Of a DNA stretch of 64,000 nt, positions 36,367-44,922 are shown one piece after another. Each line of letters begins with the position of its first letter. The first letter of the stretch is position 1. The notes below the pieces were generated by a model. The model worked only from the letters and a program-made list of their open reading frames with translations, was not told where the DNA came from and did not search any database. This DNA comes from Candidatus Avispirillum faecium. Lineage in GTDB: Bacteria > Bacillota > Clostridia > Oscillospirales > CAG-272. Both the position numbers and the translations under genes were made by a program. The stretch is taken from positions 46,926-110,925 of the forward strand of contig CAJFOI010000044.1 in NCBI GenBank assembly GCA_904396155.1, read 5' to 3'.

Positions 36367-38439
36367 ATGCCCGAAATTACCACAAAAAATATCCGAAATG
36401 TCTGCCTGCTGGGACACGGCAGCAGCGGCAAAACCTCCCTTGCAGAAGCCATGCTTTTCTGCGCAGGCGCCATCGACCGCATGGGAAAGGTCACGGACGG
36501 AAACACTGTCACCGACTACGATCCGGAAGAGATCTCCCGCCACTATTCTGTTTCTCTTTCCACTGCAAATTTTACATACCACGACATAAAGGTAAATCTG
36601 CTGGATACGCCGGGGTACCCGGATTTTGTAGGGGAAGAGCTGGAAGGGATCCGCGCCGCCGACGCCGCCGTTATTCTGGTAGACGGGAAAGCCGGCCTGG
36701 AAGTGGGAACGGAACTGGCCTGGGAATATGCCTGCAGGGAAAATATCCCCAGAGTGTTTTTTATCAATAAATTCGACGATTCGGAAGCAGATTTTTCCAG
36801 AGTGTTTGACCAACTGCGCGCTACCTTTGGAATTCGGGTCTGCCCGGTGCTGATCCCAGTGAAAAAAGGCAAAGACATGGTGTTTGTCAGCCTGGTGGAC
36901 CGCATCGCCTATATCTATGACGAGCGGGGGAAGCGGACGGAAATGCCCATGGACAGCGAGCTTTCCGCCATTGTAGATCAGTACAGCCAGCAGTTCAACG
37001 AAGCCATTGCCGAAACCAGCGACGCGCTGATGGAAAAGTTTTTTGCCGAGGAAGAAATCACAAAAGAGGAAGCGGCGGAAGCGCTCCACGAAGGGATCAT
37101 CTCCGGCAGCATCGTTCCCGTGTACAGCGGTTCCGTCACCAAGCTGTGGGGTGTGCGCGCGCTGATGACCTCTATCAAGGATTCCTTCCCCAGAGTCACC
37201 GCAAAAAAGACGGAGCGGGTAATCGAAGGGGACGAAGTAAAACCCTACCCCATCGACCCGGAAGGCGACTGCTCTCTCTTTATCTTCAAAACTGTGGCGG
37301 ACCAGTTTGGAAAGATGTCCCTGTTTAAGGTAATGAGCGGAACCCTTCAAAAGGACGCTGCGCTCACCAATGCCCGCAGCGGCGCAGTGGAAAAAGCCGC
37401 CCATATTTATACCCTGCGGGGCAAAAAGCAAACAGAGGTGGACAGTCTTTGCTGCGGAGATATCGGTATGCTGTCCAAACTGACAGGTACGGCTACCAAC
37501 GATACGCTGTACAGTAAAGTCAAAGTGCAGTATGAAGGGACCAAATTCCCGGAGCCCTACATGACAAAGGCCCTTTCTGCAGAAGCCAAAGGGGACGAGG
37601 ACAAAATTTCCACAGGGATTGCACGGCTACTGGAAGAGGATCCCACCCTGCGGTATGTGAACAATGCAGAGACCAAGCAGCTCACCCTGTCTGGCATATC
37701 GGACATCCATTTGGACGTTGTCCGTTCCCGGCTGAAAAACCGGTACGGCACAAAGGTCGTTTATACAGATCCCAGGATCCCCTACCGGGAAACCATCAAA
37801 AAATCGGTACAGGCGGAAGGAAAGCACAAAAAGCAGTCCGGCGGTTCCGGCCAGTACGGCCATGTAAAGATCACTTTCTCTCCCGGCACGGAAGAAGGCC
37901 TCACCTTTACGCAATCCGTAGTGGGCGGCACTGTGCCCAAGGGATTCTACCCCGCCGTGGAAAAGGGACTGCTGGAGGCCATGCAGAAAGGCGTGCTGGC
38001 GGGATACCCCGTGGTCAATCTTGCAGCAGATCTGTACGACGGCTCTTACCACGCGGTGGACTCCAACGAGATCTCCTTCAAGCTGGCGGCCAGACTTGCA
38101 TACAAAAACGGGCTGCCCCAGGCAAACCCCGTTTTGCTGGAGCCGGTGGGAGAGCTGAAAATCTCCGTCCCCGATTCCATGGTGGGAGATGTCATGGGAG
38201 ATTTGAACAAGCGCCGGGGCCGCGTGATGGGCATGTCTCCAGACGAAGAGAGAAAGGGCTACACTGTAGTGGAAGCGGAAGCCCCCCAGGCAGAACTTCG
38301 AGACTACACCATTGTCCTGCGCGCCATGACCCAGGGGCGAGGAGCCTTTACCTATCGGTTTGTACGATACGAAGAAGTGCCCGCCACGGAAGCGCAAAAG
38401 ATCATCGCCGAAGCAAAAGCCCAGGCAGAAGAAGAATAA
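36367..38439 (+). CDS. elongation factor G family GTPase (divergent paralogue)
   Basis: P-loop GHGSSGKT, DTPGYPDF and NKFD, and a five-domain length (690 aa). It is not in an rpsL-rpsG-fusA-tuf context. Confidence 0.88.
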   Translation: MPEITTKNIRNVCLLGHGSSGKTSLAEAMLFCAGAIDRMGKVTDGNTVTDYDPEEISRHYSVSLSTANFTYHDIKVNLLDTPGYPDFVGEELEGIRAADAAVILVDGKAGLEVGTELAWEYACRENIPRVFFINKFDDSEADFSRVFDQLRATFGIRVCPVLIPVKKGKDMVFVSLVDRIAYIYDERGKRTEMPMDSELSAIVDQYSQQFNEAIAETSDALMEKFFAEEEITKEEAAEALHEGIISGSIVPVYSGSVTKLWGVRALMTSIKDSFPRVTAKKTERVIEGDEVKPYPIDPEGDCSLFIFKTVADQFGKMSLFKVMSGTLQKDAALTNARSGAVEKAAHIYTLRGKKQTEVDSLCCGDIGMLSKLTGTATNDTLYSKVKVQYEGTKFPEPYMTKALSAEAKGDEDKISTGIARLLEEDPTLRYVNNAETKQLTLSGISDIHLDVVRSRLKNRYGTKVVYTDPRIPYRETIKKSVQAEGKHKKQSGGSGQYGHVKITFSPGTEEGLTFTQSVVGGTVPKGFYPAVEKGLLEAMQKGVLAGYPVVNLAADLYDGSYHAVDSNEISFKLAARLAYKNGLPQANPVLLEPVGELKISVPDSMVGDVMGDLNKRRGRVMGMSPDEERKGYTVVEAEAPQAELRDYTIVLRAMTQGRGAFTYRFVRYEEVPATEAQKIIAEAKAQAEEE

Positions 38440-38443
38440 AATT

Positions 38444-38480
38444 AAACATCCTTGCTGAAAAATTCGGCAGGGATGTTTTA
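38444..38480 (+). terminator. intrinsic terminator of the EF-G paralogue
   Basis: AAACATCCTTGCTG-7 nt-CGGCAGGGATGTTT(TA): a 14-bp stem (two G:U pairs) starting 5 nt after the stop. Confidence 0.7.
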
Positions 38481-38500
38481 TTGGAGAATGATTTTCTATA

Positions 38501-38795
38501 ACAACCCCTCCGTCAGCTGCGCTGACACCACCCCCGGGTCTGCTACGCAGCCCCTCCCAGGGGAGGCTTTTATTATTAAGCGTCTTGTAGGGATACAAAA
38601 TAAAAAGTTCCTCTTTTGTGGAGAGGCATACATTAAAAAGGCTCCCTTGTGTAAAGGGAGCTGGCTTCGCGTATGCGAAGACTGAGGGATTGTTCCTCTT
38701 TACAACCCCTCCGAGCTTTGCTTCGCAACGCTCACCTCCCCTTACACAGGGGAGGCTAAAGAAATTGGAATAAGGCCCCCTTGTACCGGGGAGAC
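38501..38795. repeat. cluster of 3-4 copies of the double-hairpin intergenic repeat
   Basis: Units at 38501-38567 (+), 38640-38693 (-), 38702-38756 (+), and a degenerate piece at 38772-38795. Compare GGCTCCCTTGTGTAAAGGGAGC...GAGGGATTGT here with the reverse complement of 28112-28158. Confidence 0.8.
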
Positions 38796-38803
38796 CATAT
38801 TAC

Positions 38804-38835
38804 AAAAAAGCCCGCCGAGCATCGGCGGGCTTTTT
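38804..38835. terminator. bidirectional intrinsic terminator after msmX
   Basis: AAAAAAGCCCGCCGA-GCA-TCGGCGGGCTTTTT, 7 nt from the msmX stop at 38842. Confidence 0.8.
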
Positions 38836-38841
38836 ACACAA

Positions 38842-39954
38842 TCAGTGAATGATAAAGTGCTCCGTATCCCTGTCAAACAAATGGATTCTGGAAGCATCAA
38901 AGGCAACGCGGATCACATCGCCTGCCCGTGCCTTGGAACGGCTGGAAACGCGCGCCACCAGATTCTGTTCCTCGCTCACCAGGTACAGATAAATTTCCGC
39001 ACCCATCAGCTCCGTAACCTCCACGTCTGTTTCTACGATGCTGTCCGACATCGCTTCCAAAAAGCTCTCCTCGTCGTGAATGTCCTCGGGACGGATCCCC
39101 ATGATCACTTCCTGGCCGATATAATCCTTCAAAATGGGATTGTTTGCCTTTTCCGCAGGCAGCTTGATGGTGTTGGGGCCGAAGGACAGGAAATACTGTC
39201 CCTTTTCCTCTTCCAGCACACACTCGATGAAGTTCATCTGCGGGGTTCCGATAAAGCCGGCAACAAACAGGTTGACAGGGTAATCATACAGATTCTGCGG
39301 CGTATCTACCTGCTGGATCAGACCGTCCTTCATGACCACGATACGGGTTGCCATGGTCATAGCCTCTGTCTGGTCGTGGGTTACGTATACGAACGTGGTA
39401 GCGATTCTCTGATGGATCTTTGTAAGCTCCGTTCTCATGGTTGCACGAAGCTTCGCGTCCAGGTTGGACAGCGGCTCGTCCAGCAGGAACACCATGGGCT
39501 TACGCACGATTGCACGTCCCAGGGCAACACGCTGTTTCTGACCACCGGACAGCGCCTTGGGCTTTCTGTCCAAAAGGTGGGTAATCTCCAAAATGCGGGC
39601 AGCCTCTTCTACGCGGCGCTTGATTTCTTCCTTGGGCGTCTTGCGCAGCTTCAGACCGAACGCCATGTTGTCAAACACGGTCATATGGGGATACAGCGCG
39701 TAGTTCTGGAACACCATCGCAATGTCTCTGTCTTTGGGCGCGACATCGTTGACCAGTTTTTCACCGATAAACAATTCGCCCTCCGTGATTTCCTCCAGAC
39801 CGGCGATCATACGAAGCGTCGTCGTCTTTCCGCATCCGGAAGGTCCGACCAGAATCAAGAATTCCTTGTCCTTGATATCCAGGCAAAAATCGGATACGGC
39901 TGTTACACCGCCGGGGTATTTTTTATAGATATGTTTCAGGGATAAGCTTGCCAT
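38842..39954 (-). CDS. msmX: sugar ABC transporter ATP-binding protein (MsmX/MalK/UgpC type), stand-alone
   Basis: VGPSGCGKTTTLRMIAGLEEIT, LSGGQKQRVALGRAIV and FLLDEPLSNLDAKLR, closely following the B. subtilis MsmX pattern. No permease genes are adjacent. Confidence 0.9.
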   Translation of the reverse strand: MASLSLKHIYKKYPGGVTAVSDFCLDIKDKEFLILVGPSGCGKTTTLRMIAGLEEITEGELFIGEKLVNDVAPKDRDIAMVFQNYALYPHMTVFDNMAFGLKLRKTPKEEIKRRVEEAARILEITHLLDRKPKALSGGQKQRVALGRAIVRKPMVFLLDEPLSNLDAKLRATMRTELTKIHQRIATTFVYVTHDQTEAMTMATRIVVMKDGLIQQVDTPQNLYDYPVNLFVAGFIGTPQMNFIECVLEEEKGQYFLSFGPNTIKLPAEKANNPILKDYIGQEVIMGIRPEDIHDEESFLEAMSDSIVETDVEVTELMGAEIYLYLVSEEQNLVARVSSRSKARAGDVIRVAFDASRIHLFDRDTEHFIIH

Positions 39955-40143
39955 TTATTCTTCCTCCTTGGCAGGTTGGAGCGGCCACGCCGCGAATTCC
40001 TAAGCTATATTATATCAGCATTTTTCCCAAATGAAAAGAGGGTTTTCATCCAAAATTCCTTTTGTGCCTTTGTGCAAATTGCCCGCCTTGTTCACAAAGA
40101 TTCAAAAAACAGACGATTTTTGCTCATATTTTTTCTAATTTTA

Positions 40144-41139
40144 TTAGAAATCTGCAAAATCCGCCTGTGCCACGGCACACACCAAATCCCGGCACGCCTG
40201 TACATCCCGCATGTCCGCCGTCTCCACGCCGGAGTGGCAATACCGCAGGGGAATAGAGATGCAGCCGGCACGGCAGCCGGCTCCCGCCAGTTGGAGCGCC
40301 GCCGTATCGGAACCGCCCGACGTCAAAATTTCCTTCTGGCTGGGAATTTTCTGTTTCTCTGCAATGCTTGCCATTTTTTTTGCAAGATATCCATCGCAAA
40401 TCACACTGGCATCCTTCAGCTTTACTGCTGCGCCCTTTCCAAGGGATACAGCCATGGGCTTCGCCCCCTTTGTGTCTCCGGTCAAGGTGACATCTACGGC
40501 GATGCCGAAATCGGGCGCTGCGGCAAAAGCTGCCGTACGGGCGCCCCGCAGGCCCACCTCCTCCTGCACGGAAAATACAAAAGTGACGTCATTTTGGAAC
40601 GTATCCGCTTCTCTGGCTGCGGACATCAAAACGGCACACCCCAGTTTGTCGTCCAAAGGACGGCCGCAGATTCTGCTCCCCGCCAGAGAAAACAGCCGGC
40701 CCTCCAGAGAAAAGCACTCCCCGATTTTCACAAGGCGCGCCGCTTCCGCTCTGCTTTTCGCGCCGATATCCACCACAAAGGCATCTCCCTTATAATCCTT
40801 CGGCTTGGTTCCTTCCTCAGGGATCAGCACACCGGACCGGCCGCTTTCAAACACCACCCGGGAATACGCCGCCGCGGGAAAATCAATCCCGCCTACGGGA
40901 GCACAGCGGAGAAACCCATCCTCTTCGATGAAAGTCACAATAAACCCGATTTCATCCATGTGCGCACAGAACAAAAGCTTTTTGCCCGCTCCCGTTTTGC
41001 GGCAAATTACATTGCCCAGGGCATCTCTTTCCACCGTATCAAAATACGGCCGCATCTCTTTTGCAATGTATGCGGCAAGACGTTCCTCCCTGCCGGAGAC
41101 GGAGGGAATTTTGATCAGCTGCCTTAAGATATTTCGCAT
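40144..41139 (-). CDS. M42 family metallopeptidase (third of three)
   Basis: The ATG at 41139 (MRNILRQLIKIPSVSGRE) is in frame with track ORF 40144..41667. Motifs: HMDEIGF, DDKLGC, QEEVGLRGA. Confidence 0.85.
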   Translation of the reverse strand: MRNILRQLIKIPSVSGREERLAAYIAKEMRPYFDTVERDALGNVICRKTGAGKKLLFCAHMDEIGFIVTFIEEDGFLRCAPVGGIDFPAAAYSRVVFESGRSGVLIPEEGTKPKDYKGDAFVVDIGAKSRAEAARLVKIGECFSLEGRLFSLAGSRICGRPLDDKLGCAVLMSAAREADTFQNDVTFVFSVQEEVGLRGARTAAFAAAPDFGIAVDVTLTGDTKGAKPMAVSLGKGAAVKLKDASVICDGYLAKKMASIAEKQKIPSQKEILTSGGSDTAALQLAGAGCRAGCISIPLRYCHSGVETADMRDVQACRDLVCAVAQADFADF

Positions 41140-42245
41140 CTTAATATCCTGCCTTCCTTTTTGGAACACAGTCGCCGGATCACCGCCATGACCAGCTGTT
41201 CCATAGATTCTATATCGCGTTTCGCCACCACATTGGATGCTGTATGAATATATCGTGCAGGTGCACTGACAGCGGCGCACCGCACACCGGCGCGGGACTT
41301 GTGGATGTGCCCTGCATCGTTTCCCCCGGAGACGTACTGTTTGATTTGGCAGGGAATCTGCTCTTCCTCTGCCGCTTTGAGAATCCAGTCGGTAAACGGC
41401 CGGTCGTATATGGTGCTCCTGTCCATGAGGGACACCGCGCCGCCTCTGCCCAGATGCGCCACCTGCCGGTAGTCCGCCGTACCGGTGATATCCCCGGCAG
41501 CCGTGGCTTCCAGCACAATGGCAAAGTCGGGATCGATTTTGTAAGCCGCCGTGCGGGCACCGGAGATCCCCAGTTCTTCCCGGCAGGTGAAGGCAAAATA
41601 CAAGTCGCAGGCAGGCCGCAGTCCCGCCGCGTATATCTGCCGCAGCGCGCTGCACAAAATGGCACAACCCACCCGGTCGTCCAACGCCTTTCCCTTGATG
41701 TATTCTTTATCCTTCCCAAATATTACAAAATCACTGGCAAAGGTGCCATAGTCCCCCACGTGCACCACACCCTCCGCATCCTCGCGGGTGGAGGCGCCGA
41801 TATCTATGTACAGTTCTTCCAGCTCGACCGCCTGTCCCCGGTCCTCGCTTTTGACCAAATGCAGGGGTTTGACTCCAAATACCCCCTGTACCTGGGAGGA
41901 TTCGTTGCCGACCCAGACCCGGCGGCCGGCCAGCACCCGCGTGTCGCCGCCGCACATGGAGGAGATTTTCAAAAGCCCTTCTTCCGTAATGGAGCGTATC
42001 ATAAATCCCACTTCATCCATATGGCTGGAAAACATCAGTCTTCGGGGACATACCGGTCCATCCAAAGGCGTGCCGTCTCCCCTGACGTAGGCGATGACAC
42101 CTCCCATGGAATCCGGAAGTATTTCATCGCAGTACCTTTCAACATGGGTGCGGATCACATCCGCCACCGCATCCTCACATCCGGAAGGACCGAATGTACA
42201 GGACAAGGTTTCCAAAAGGGACAGGGTTGTCCAGTCCTGGTTCAT
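41124..42245 (-). CDS. M42 family metallopeptidase (second of three)
   Basis: Motifs HMDEVGF, DDRVGC, CREELGISGA. It overlaps its neighbours by 4 nt and 16 nt. Confidence 0.85.
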   Translation of the reverse strand: MNQDWTTLSLLETLSCTFGPSGCEDAVADVIRTHVERYCDEILPDSMGGVIAYVRGDGTPLDGPVCPRRLMFSSHMDEVGFMIRSITEEGLLKISSMCGGDTRVLAGRRVWVGNESSQVQGVFGVKPLHLVKSEDRGQAVELEELYIDIGASTREDAEGVVHVGDYGTFASDFVIFGKDKEYIKGKALDDRVGCAILCSALRQIYAAGLRPACDLYFAFTCREELGISGARTAAYKIDPDFAIVLEATAAGDITGTADYRQVAHLGRGGAVSLMDRSTIYDRPFTDWILKAAEEEQIPCQIKQYVSGGNDAGHIHKSRAGVRCAAVSAPARYIHTASNVVAKRDIESMEQLVMAVIRRLCSKKEGRILRCEIS

Positions 42246-43282
42246 AAACGCAAGCCCCCCTTTTCCGCAGCTGCGGCAAACAGCCTTGCCGCATATTCTA
42301 TATCCGAGGTATCTGCGATTTCGTTATACGTGTGCATCGACGTAATGGGAACGCTGACCACCGCCGTAGGGATTCCCTCTCCCACAAGGGAGAGCATGGT
42401 CGCATTGGTGCCTGTATCGCAGGCATCCACACAGGTCTGACAGGGAATTTCCCTTTCCTGTGCAAGCCTGAGCAGCTGCCTGGTCAGTCCCCGGTCTGTC
42501 ACCGCAGACAGAGAGACCACCGGTCCGCCTCCCATCTTGCCCCCCTCATCCTCTCGCACACCGGGAGAGACGGCAAAGGTCACATCGGTCACAATTGCCG
42601 CATCCGGCCGGATCCGATACGCCGCGGCACTGCAGCCGGATGCCAGTCCCGTCTCCTCTCTGGCAGACAATGTGACGTACAAATCCCACGCCATCTGCTC
42701 CGAAGACAGCATCGCCGCCCCAAGGATCGCAGCGGCGCAGCAGGCCTTGTTGTCCATACTCCGTCCGCAGATCCTGCTTCCCAGCAAGGAAGCAGTTTTT
42801 TCATAAAAACCTACGGGCGTGCCGATATCCACAAGGCGCCGCAGCGTTTCTCCGTCATATCCCGTATCGATCAGCAGATCTCCGATTTCCGGTGCGGTTT
42901 TGTGATCCCCCGCCTTTTGCAGATGGGGCGGAACGGCAGCGATCACTCCATACAGTGTCTCTTTTCCGTAAATCAGCACCTCCGCAGCCGGCAAAATCCG
43001 CCGGTCCAGCCCTCCTACGGAAACCACCCGAAGGAAGCCCTCTTCTGTAATATCGCTGACCAGCATACCGATTTCGTCAAAGTGTGCGTCCAAAAGGAGC
43101 TTCGGCGCCCCTTCTCTGCCACAGCGCTTTACAAATACGTGGGTACCGGAGGGATCCGGAAGATACGCGTCAAAATAAGATCCCGCCAGAGCACAAAGTT
43201 TTTCCCGTCCCTGCTCTTCCTGCCCGGAAACGGACATAATCGAAGCAAGGGCCGCCACCAATTCTTTGGTATCCGGATACAT
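42242..43282 (-). CDS. M42 family metallopeptidase (first of three)
   Basis: Motifs HFDEIGM, MDNKACC, AREETGLASG. Confidence 0.82.
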   Translation of the reverse strand: MYPDTKELVAALASIMSVSGQEEQGREKLCALAGSYFDAYLPDPSGTHVFVKRCGREGAPKLLLDAHFDEIGMLVSDITEEGFLRVVSVGGLDRRILPAAEVLIYGKETLYGVIAAVPPHLQKAGDHKTAPEIGDLLIDTGYDGETLRRLVDIGTPVGFYEKTASLLGSRICGRSMDNKACCAAAILGAAMLSSEQMAWDLYVTLSAREETGLASGCSAAAYRIRPDAAIVTDVTFAVSPGVREDEGGKMGGGPVVSLSAVTDRGLTRQLLRLAQEREIPCQTCVDACDTGTNATMLSLVGEGIPTAVVSVPITSMHTYNEIADTSDIEYAARLFAAAAEKGGLRL

Positions 43283-43295
43283 GTACAGACTCCAA

Positions 43296-44744
43296 TCAAA
43301 GAGAATTTACGATCTCGCGAAAGCGCTCCCCGCGCTTTTCAAAGTTTTCAAAGGCATCAAAGCTGGCGCAGGCCGGAGACAGGAGCACCGCATCGCCTGG
43401 CTGTGCGCTCTCTGCCGCTGCACGCACCGCCCCTTCAAAATCCGGGCGGCAAAGAAGTTCTATCCCACTTTCCGCAAACCCAGGTGCTTCCAAAAGGGCC
43501 TGTTTTATCTTTTCCATGGTTGCGCCGGTCAATACCACCGTTTTCACATTTCCATGTTCGATCAGTGCCTTTGCAAGGGGTGCAAAAGGGATCTTCTTGT
43601 CATATCCCCCGCAGATGATGCGGATGGGGCAGGTGTGTGCAGAAATTGCCGCCGCCGTCCGCGTAGGGGAAGAATCGATAGAGGAATTGTAGTACCGCAC
43701 GCCGTTTATCTCCCGCACCAGTTCCATTCGATGCTGCACGCCACCGAAGGTGCTGGCGACCGTCTGCGCCGCCTGCGCCAGGGATACAGATACAGCCGCC
43801 GTGTTCTTTCGCACAAATTTGCCCAACGCCCAGACGGCAGCCACCGCTGTGCTGTAATTTTCCAGATTGTGGGCGCCTGGAAGCAGAATTTCACTTGCGG
43901 CAAACAAAGGCTGTTCTGTCCCGGACGCACTGTCATATAACGTGACATACCCATTCTTCGGGTACACACCTCCCGCCTGGACCCTTAAAAAGTCCACCGG
44001 GATCGGGCTGCGGGAAAACCACGTTACCGGGGCGGTGCACCGTTCCCCCAAAGTGCGGCACACGCCGTCGTCATAATTCAACACTGCCGCCCGGCACCCG
44101 GCAAGAATTTTTGCCTTCGCCCCGATGTATTCGTCCATATCCGTATGCCAGTTCAAGTGATTGGGCGTGACGTTCTTGATGACACCCACTGCGGGAGGCG
44201 TGTCGATGCTCATCAGCTGAAAGCTGGACAGCTCCGCCGCCACGGCGTCGTCTGCTGTCATGTCGTTGATCCGGTAAAGCAGCGGCTCGCCGATATTTCC
44301 ACCGAGAAACACCCGGCCATCACCGGAGACAAGCTGCTCCAGAATTTTGCTGATTAGGGTCGTGGTCGTACTTTTTCCGTCGCTGCCCGTTACGCCTATC
44401 ACAGGGCAGGGCGCATACTTCAAAAACAGCTCCATCTCCGAAGTGATCACGCAGCCGGCCTTCTTTGCCGCAAGCAGTTGAGGCAGATCCGGCCGAAATC
44501 CAGGAGAGCGAAACAAAAAATCTCCCTGTACGTTTTCCAGGTAGTCCTCTCCCAAAATCATCGAAGCTCCCAGGACCTGCAGACGTCTGCCTGACTCTCC
44601 CAGCGCATCCAGCGTTTTCCGATCCCGGACGACAAGGCGGGCGCCGCTGTTTGCAAGGACCTCTGCCAGAGGCATATTGGATACGCCCGCTCCCAAAAGC
44701 ACTACGGTTTTTCCAAAAAACATCTTTTGAAAATCAAAATTCAT
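43296..44744 (-). CDS. murD: UDP-N-acetylmuramoyl-L-alanine--D-glutamate ligase
   Basis: GAGVSN Rossmann N-terminus and the Mur ligase P-loop GVTGSDGKSTTT. The ATG at 44744 (MNFDF) sits behind GGAGGAG. Confidence 0.9.
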   Translation of the reverse strand: MNFDFQKMFFGKTVVLLGAGVSNMPLAEVLANSGARLVVRDRKTLDALGESGRRLQVLGASMILGEDYLENVQGDFLFRSPGFRPDLPQLLAAKKAGCVITSEMELFLKYAPCPVIGVTGSDGKSTTTTLISKILEQLVSGDGRVFLGGNIGEPLLYRINDMTADDAVAAELSSFQLMSIDTPPAVGVIKNVTPNHLNWHTDMDEYIGAKAKILAGCRAAVLNYDDGVCRTLGERCTAPVTWFSRSPIPVDFLRVQAGGVYPKNGYVTLYDSASGTEQPLFAASEILLPGAHNLENYSTAVAAVWALGKFVRKNTAAVSVSLAQAAQTVASTFGGVQHRMELVREINGVRYYNSSIDSSPTRTAAAISAHTCPIRIICGGYDKKIPFAPLAKALIEHGNVKTVVLTGATMEKIKQALLEAPGFAESGIELLCRPDFEGAVRAAAESAQPGDAVLLSPACASFDAFENFEKRGERFREIVNSL

Positions 44745-44833
44745 AGGCTTCTCCTCCACCGACAGGCTTTTTTACTATTATATACCGATTGTAAAAAATA
44801 TGCAACAAACTCCTGCAACTTGACCGGTTCATC

Positions 44834-44862
44834 TTTACAAAAACAAAAATTTTTGATACAAT
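44834..44862 (+). promoter_or_regulatory. extended -10 promoter of the yybS-gdpP-rplI-dnaB cluster
   Basis: TTTACA (44834-44839), 17-nt spacer ending in TGa, TACAAT (44857-44862). Confidence 0.55.
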
Positions 44863-44922
44863 GTCGTTATATTCCCAGAGCCCACGCCTGCAACATCGCA
44901 GTAAATGAAAGGAGGCGGCAAA

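Noticed and set aside
38452-38685. 77-aa ORF. The same applies to ORF 28209..28466 (85 aa) in the other repeat locus.
   Set aside because: Both are read through copies of the double-hairpin repeat. The peptide is not conserved between copies, which occur in both orientations, whereas the stem complementarity is conserved.
40144-41667. 507-aa version of the third M42 gene. The same applies to the 5'-extended track ORFs starting at 4238, 26551, 27149, 50007, 51232, 54403..55077, 54945..55397, 30933..31901, 17691..21374 and 21293..24658.
   Set aside because: The extensions overlap the upstream gene or lack an SD. In-frame internal starts with good SD sequences give proteins that begin at the family-typical N-terminus.
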